Source of the DNA: Candidatus Thorarchaeota archaeon
GTDB lineage: Archaea > Asgardarchaeota > Thorarchaeia > Thorarchaeales > Thorarchaeaceae
Direction: 5' to 3'
Assembly (NCBI GenBank): GCA_963726195.1
Contig: CAVSBO010000013.1
Location: 32,001-96,000, forward strand
Length of the DNA stretch: 64,000 nucleotides
This document shows positions 61,510 to 64,000 of this stretch, in pieces. Within the stretch, counting starts at the first letter, position 1; every line of letters begins with the position of its first letter. The notes beneath the pieces were generated by a model. The model was not told the origin of the DNA. It saw nothing but the letters and a program-made list of their open reading frames with translations, and made no database searches. The position numbers were made by a program, and so were the translations under genes.

Positions 61510-61620
61510 GCTTTTGCGATAGTCCGTGAGTCTTTTGAAGGACTCGGCTCGGCGAATCAAGCCGCCTTGAGAAGCGCTTATCAATGGCGTTCAATCAATG
61601 AGTCATGCGAGAGAACGAAG

Positions 61621-64000
61621 TTGGTTAAGGAAAAGAAGCCAGCTTGCGGAGACCAGTCCTCCGTCGAGGATTTTCTCGGCTCCGAACCAGAATGCCAACG
61701 GACCGAAGACCCGAAGCCAGAGCCTTCAAGGCAGGAGTCTCAAGTCACGGATGATGACCCGCCAGCTCGTCAGAAGCCTATTGCCAGTGCACCTTTGGCC
61801 GAAGATGAGATCGAGTCCGAGGAAGAAAAATACGCCGAAGCTGTGGAACAGCCCGAAGTGGAGACTGCTGAGGAAACAGAAGTTGTCGTTGAGATAAAGG
61901 TCGGCGATCGAGACACACCTCGAGACCTGCCGCCATCATTCCTGCTATCAATAGACTATGCTGGTCAGCAGAAGAAAGCCGTGGCGCGCTTGTACGAAAG
62001 CAACTCGAAGCAGTTGTTCTTCTGGTTTGACAATAGGGGCCACTTGCCCTACTGCTATACGGATCTTCCCCGCCAAGCAGTGAATAGGATGGATCGTGTC
62101 GGCAAGAGCCCTGGCTTCGTTCGAACTGAATCTGTCCAGATGCTCGATTTGCTTCAAGATCAGCCAAGGGATATGACGAAGGTAATTGCTGACGACCCAC
62201 TCAGCATTGGTGGTCGGCCTGGCTCCATAAGAGAACAGCTCGTGAAAGACGGGGTAAGTCATGCTTGGGAAGCAAACATACGTTATCGGAACTGTTACAC
62301 CTATGATACTCGCGTTGTGCCGGGGCTTGTCTACAAGATTGAGAACAGCGACCTAATCCCCTGTCCGCCCAAGATGGACAGCAAACTGATTGACGAGTAC
62401 AAGAGAATTGTTCAGGATGAGAAAGGCCTTGACGCCATGATTTCCGAATATGCTCCAATGTTCTTCACTGAGGTACCTGATATCAAGCGTGTGGCAGTAG
62501 ATATCGAGGTATACACTCCAGTCAAGAACAGGGTTCCTGACGCGGCGACTGCACGTTACGAAATCATAGCAATTAGCTTCTCAGACAACGAGGGTTACAG
62601 CAAATGCTTCCTGTTGAACCGCAAGGATCACCCGGAAGGAACGAAGGACAAAGACTTCCCGGCGAAGCTGGATGTAGTCCCCTTCGACAGAGAAGTCGAT
62701 ATGCTCATGGAAGCTTTCAAGATGATTGATACCTATCCTATCGTTCTGACATTCGTAGGCGATGCCTTTGACCTCAATTACATGTACCATCGAGCCGAGC
62801 GTCTTGGTATTGACGTGAAGAGACAGTGCCCCATAACACTAGGCAAGGACGTGGCTTTGCTCAAGAGGGGCATCCATGTTGACCTCTATCGGTTCCTAAA
62901 GAACCCATCAATCAGGCTATACGCGCTATCGGGAGCCTACGAACAGAACAATCTTGACTCAGTAGCAAAGGGATTGCTCGGCGTGGGGAAGTCAGCCTAA
63001 GTGCCGATATATCGAGCATCCCATACTATGAGCTGGCTCACTACTGCTGGCAAGATGCCGATGTCACTCTGAGGATTACACAGTACGAGAACAACCTCTT
63101 GCTAAGACTGATTGTGCTACTGATGCGTATTTCACGTCTTTCGATGGAAGATGTAACTCGACAGGGAATATCCTCGTGGATTCAATCGCTCTTCAGACAG
63201 GAACACAGGAGCAGAGGATGTTCTCATTCCCCGCCAAATCGATATCGAACAGGCGAAGTCATCCGAAGCGCAGACTGCGGCAGTCATCAAGGACAAGAGG
63301 TTCAAGGGCGCGATTGTTATCGACCCAGTCGCTGGGGTTCACTTCAACACAGTGGTGCTTGACTTTGCCAGTCTATATCCTACGATAATGAAGTACCACA
63401 ATATCAGCTATGAAACCGTGGATTGCCCCCATGAGGAATGCAAGAACGCGACTGACAACAGAGTTCCGGAGACCAACCACTGGATTTGCAAGAAGCGTCG
63501 CGGAATGATTAGTCAGACGATAGGCTTCTTCAGGGATACCAGAGTGAAGTGGTTCAAGGCCAGAAGTAAAGACAAGACCATCGATGAGAAAACGAGAAAC
63601 TGGTATTCGGTGGTCGAGAAGGCTCTGAAAGTATTCGTTAACGCCTCGTACGGAGTAACAGGAGCTGAGCATTTCGAATTATTCTGTATGCCAGCGGCAG
63701 AGAGCGTTACGGCATATGGCCGCGATGCAATAATGAGGACGAAGGCGAAGGCGGAGTCGATGGGAATCAACGTGCTCTACGGTGATACCGACTCTCTTTT
63801 CATGGACAACCCAACCAAGGAACAGCAGGAGCAGCTAATTCAATGGTCTCGCAAGGAGCTAGGCATTGACCTCGAAGTTGACAAGACGTACAAGTATGTG
63901 GCCCTCTCGGGACGAAAGAAGAATTACATCGGCGTTTTCAAGTCAGGCGCCGTTGAGGTCAAGGGTCTTACCGGCAAGAAGCGCAACACACCCGATTTTG
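61621..64000 (+). CDS. polB: Family B DNA polymerase, PolB1 type (frameshifts ~62992 and ~63216; runs off the window)
   Basis: KRVAVDIEVYTP (ExoI), TFVGDAFDL (ExoII), YCWQDA (ExoIII), LDFASLYP (A), KALKVFVNASYG (B), YGDTDSLF (C), KKNYIG and VKGLTGKKRNTP; acidic N-terminal extension. Confidence 0.95.

Noticed and set aside
61408-61620. PolB start at 61408
   Set aside because: It would overlap the divergent DUF296 gene; TTG 61621 downstream of the divergent spacer is more plausible.
19076-63220. fbp, rad50, polB and the helicase as pseudogenes or programmed frameshifts
   Set aside because: Each has only one or two single-base indels with otherwise intact motifs, no consistent slippery heptamer, and a recurring error context.

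Overview
This is a gene-dense archaeal chromosomal segment, most likely Asgard (Thorarchaeia-like). That assignment is inferred from PolB1, ABCE1, ArcS/RaSEA, FBP aldolase/phosphatase, archaeal TIM, an MtrH/corrinoid module and several eukaryote-like domains. Housekeeping content includes ogg-like glycosylase, mobB, two MacB/FtsX ABC systems, rli1, udp, fbp, parvulin, tpiA, two thioredoxins, a DUF1998 helicase, arcS-raSEA, nurA-herA-mre11-rad50, tandem GT-C glycosyltransferases, HIT, DUF296 and polB. It also carries two tRNA-Arg genes, one with a 30-nt BHB-type intron in the T-loop (56/57). Main highlights: (1) a stand-alone ~720-aa TnpB/Cas12-like RuvC nuclease with intact catalytic motifs and structured ends, but no TnpA or CRISPR array; (2) a cytoplasmic protein resembling the adaptin mu-homology domain, and a cytoplasmic IFT52-like GIFT/coiled-coil protein; (3) five metalloenzyme-fold genes that have lost metal ligands; (4) about 15 single-base frameshift sites concentrated at AGCT and CTAG, best read as long-read errors that reveal the host methylation motifs. 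All family calls come from motif recognition by eye; no searches were run.
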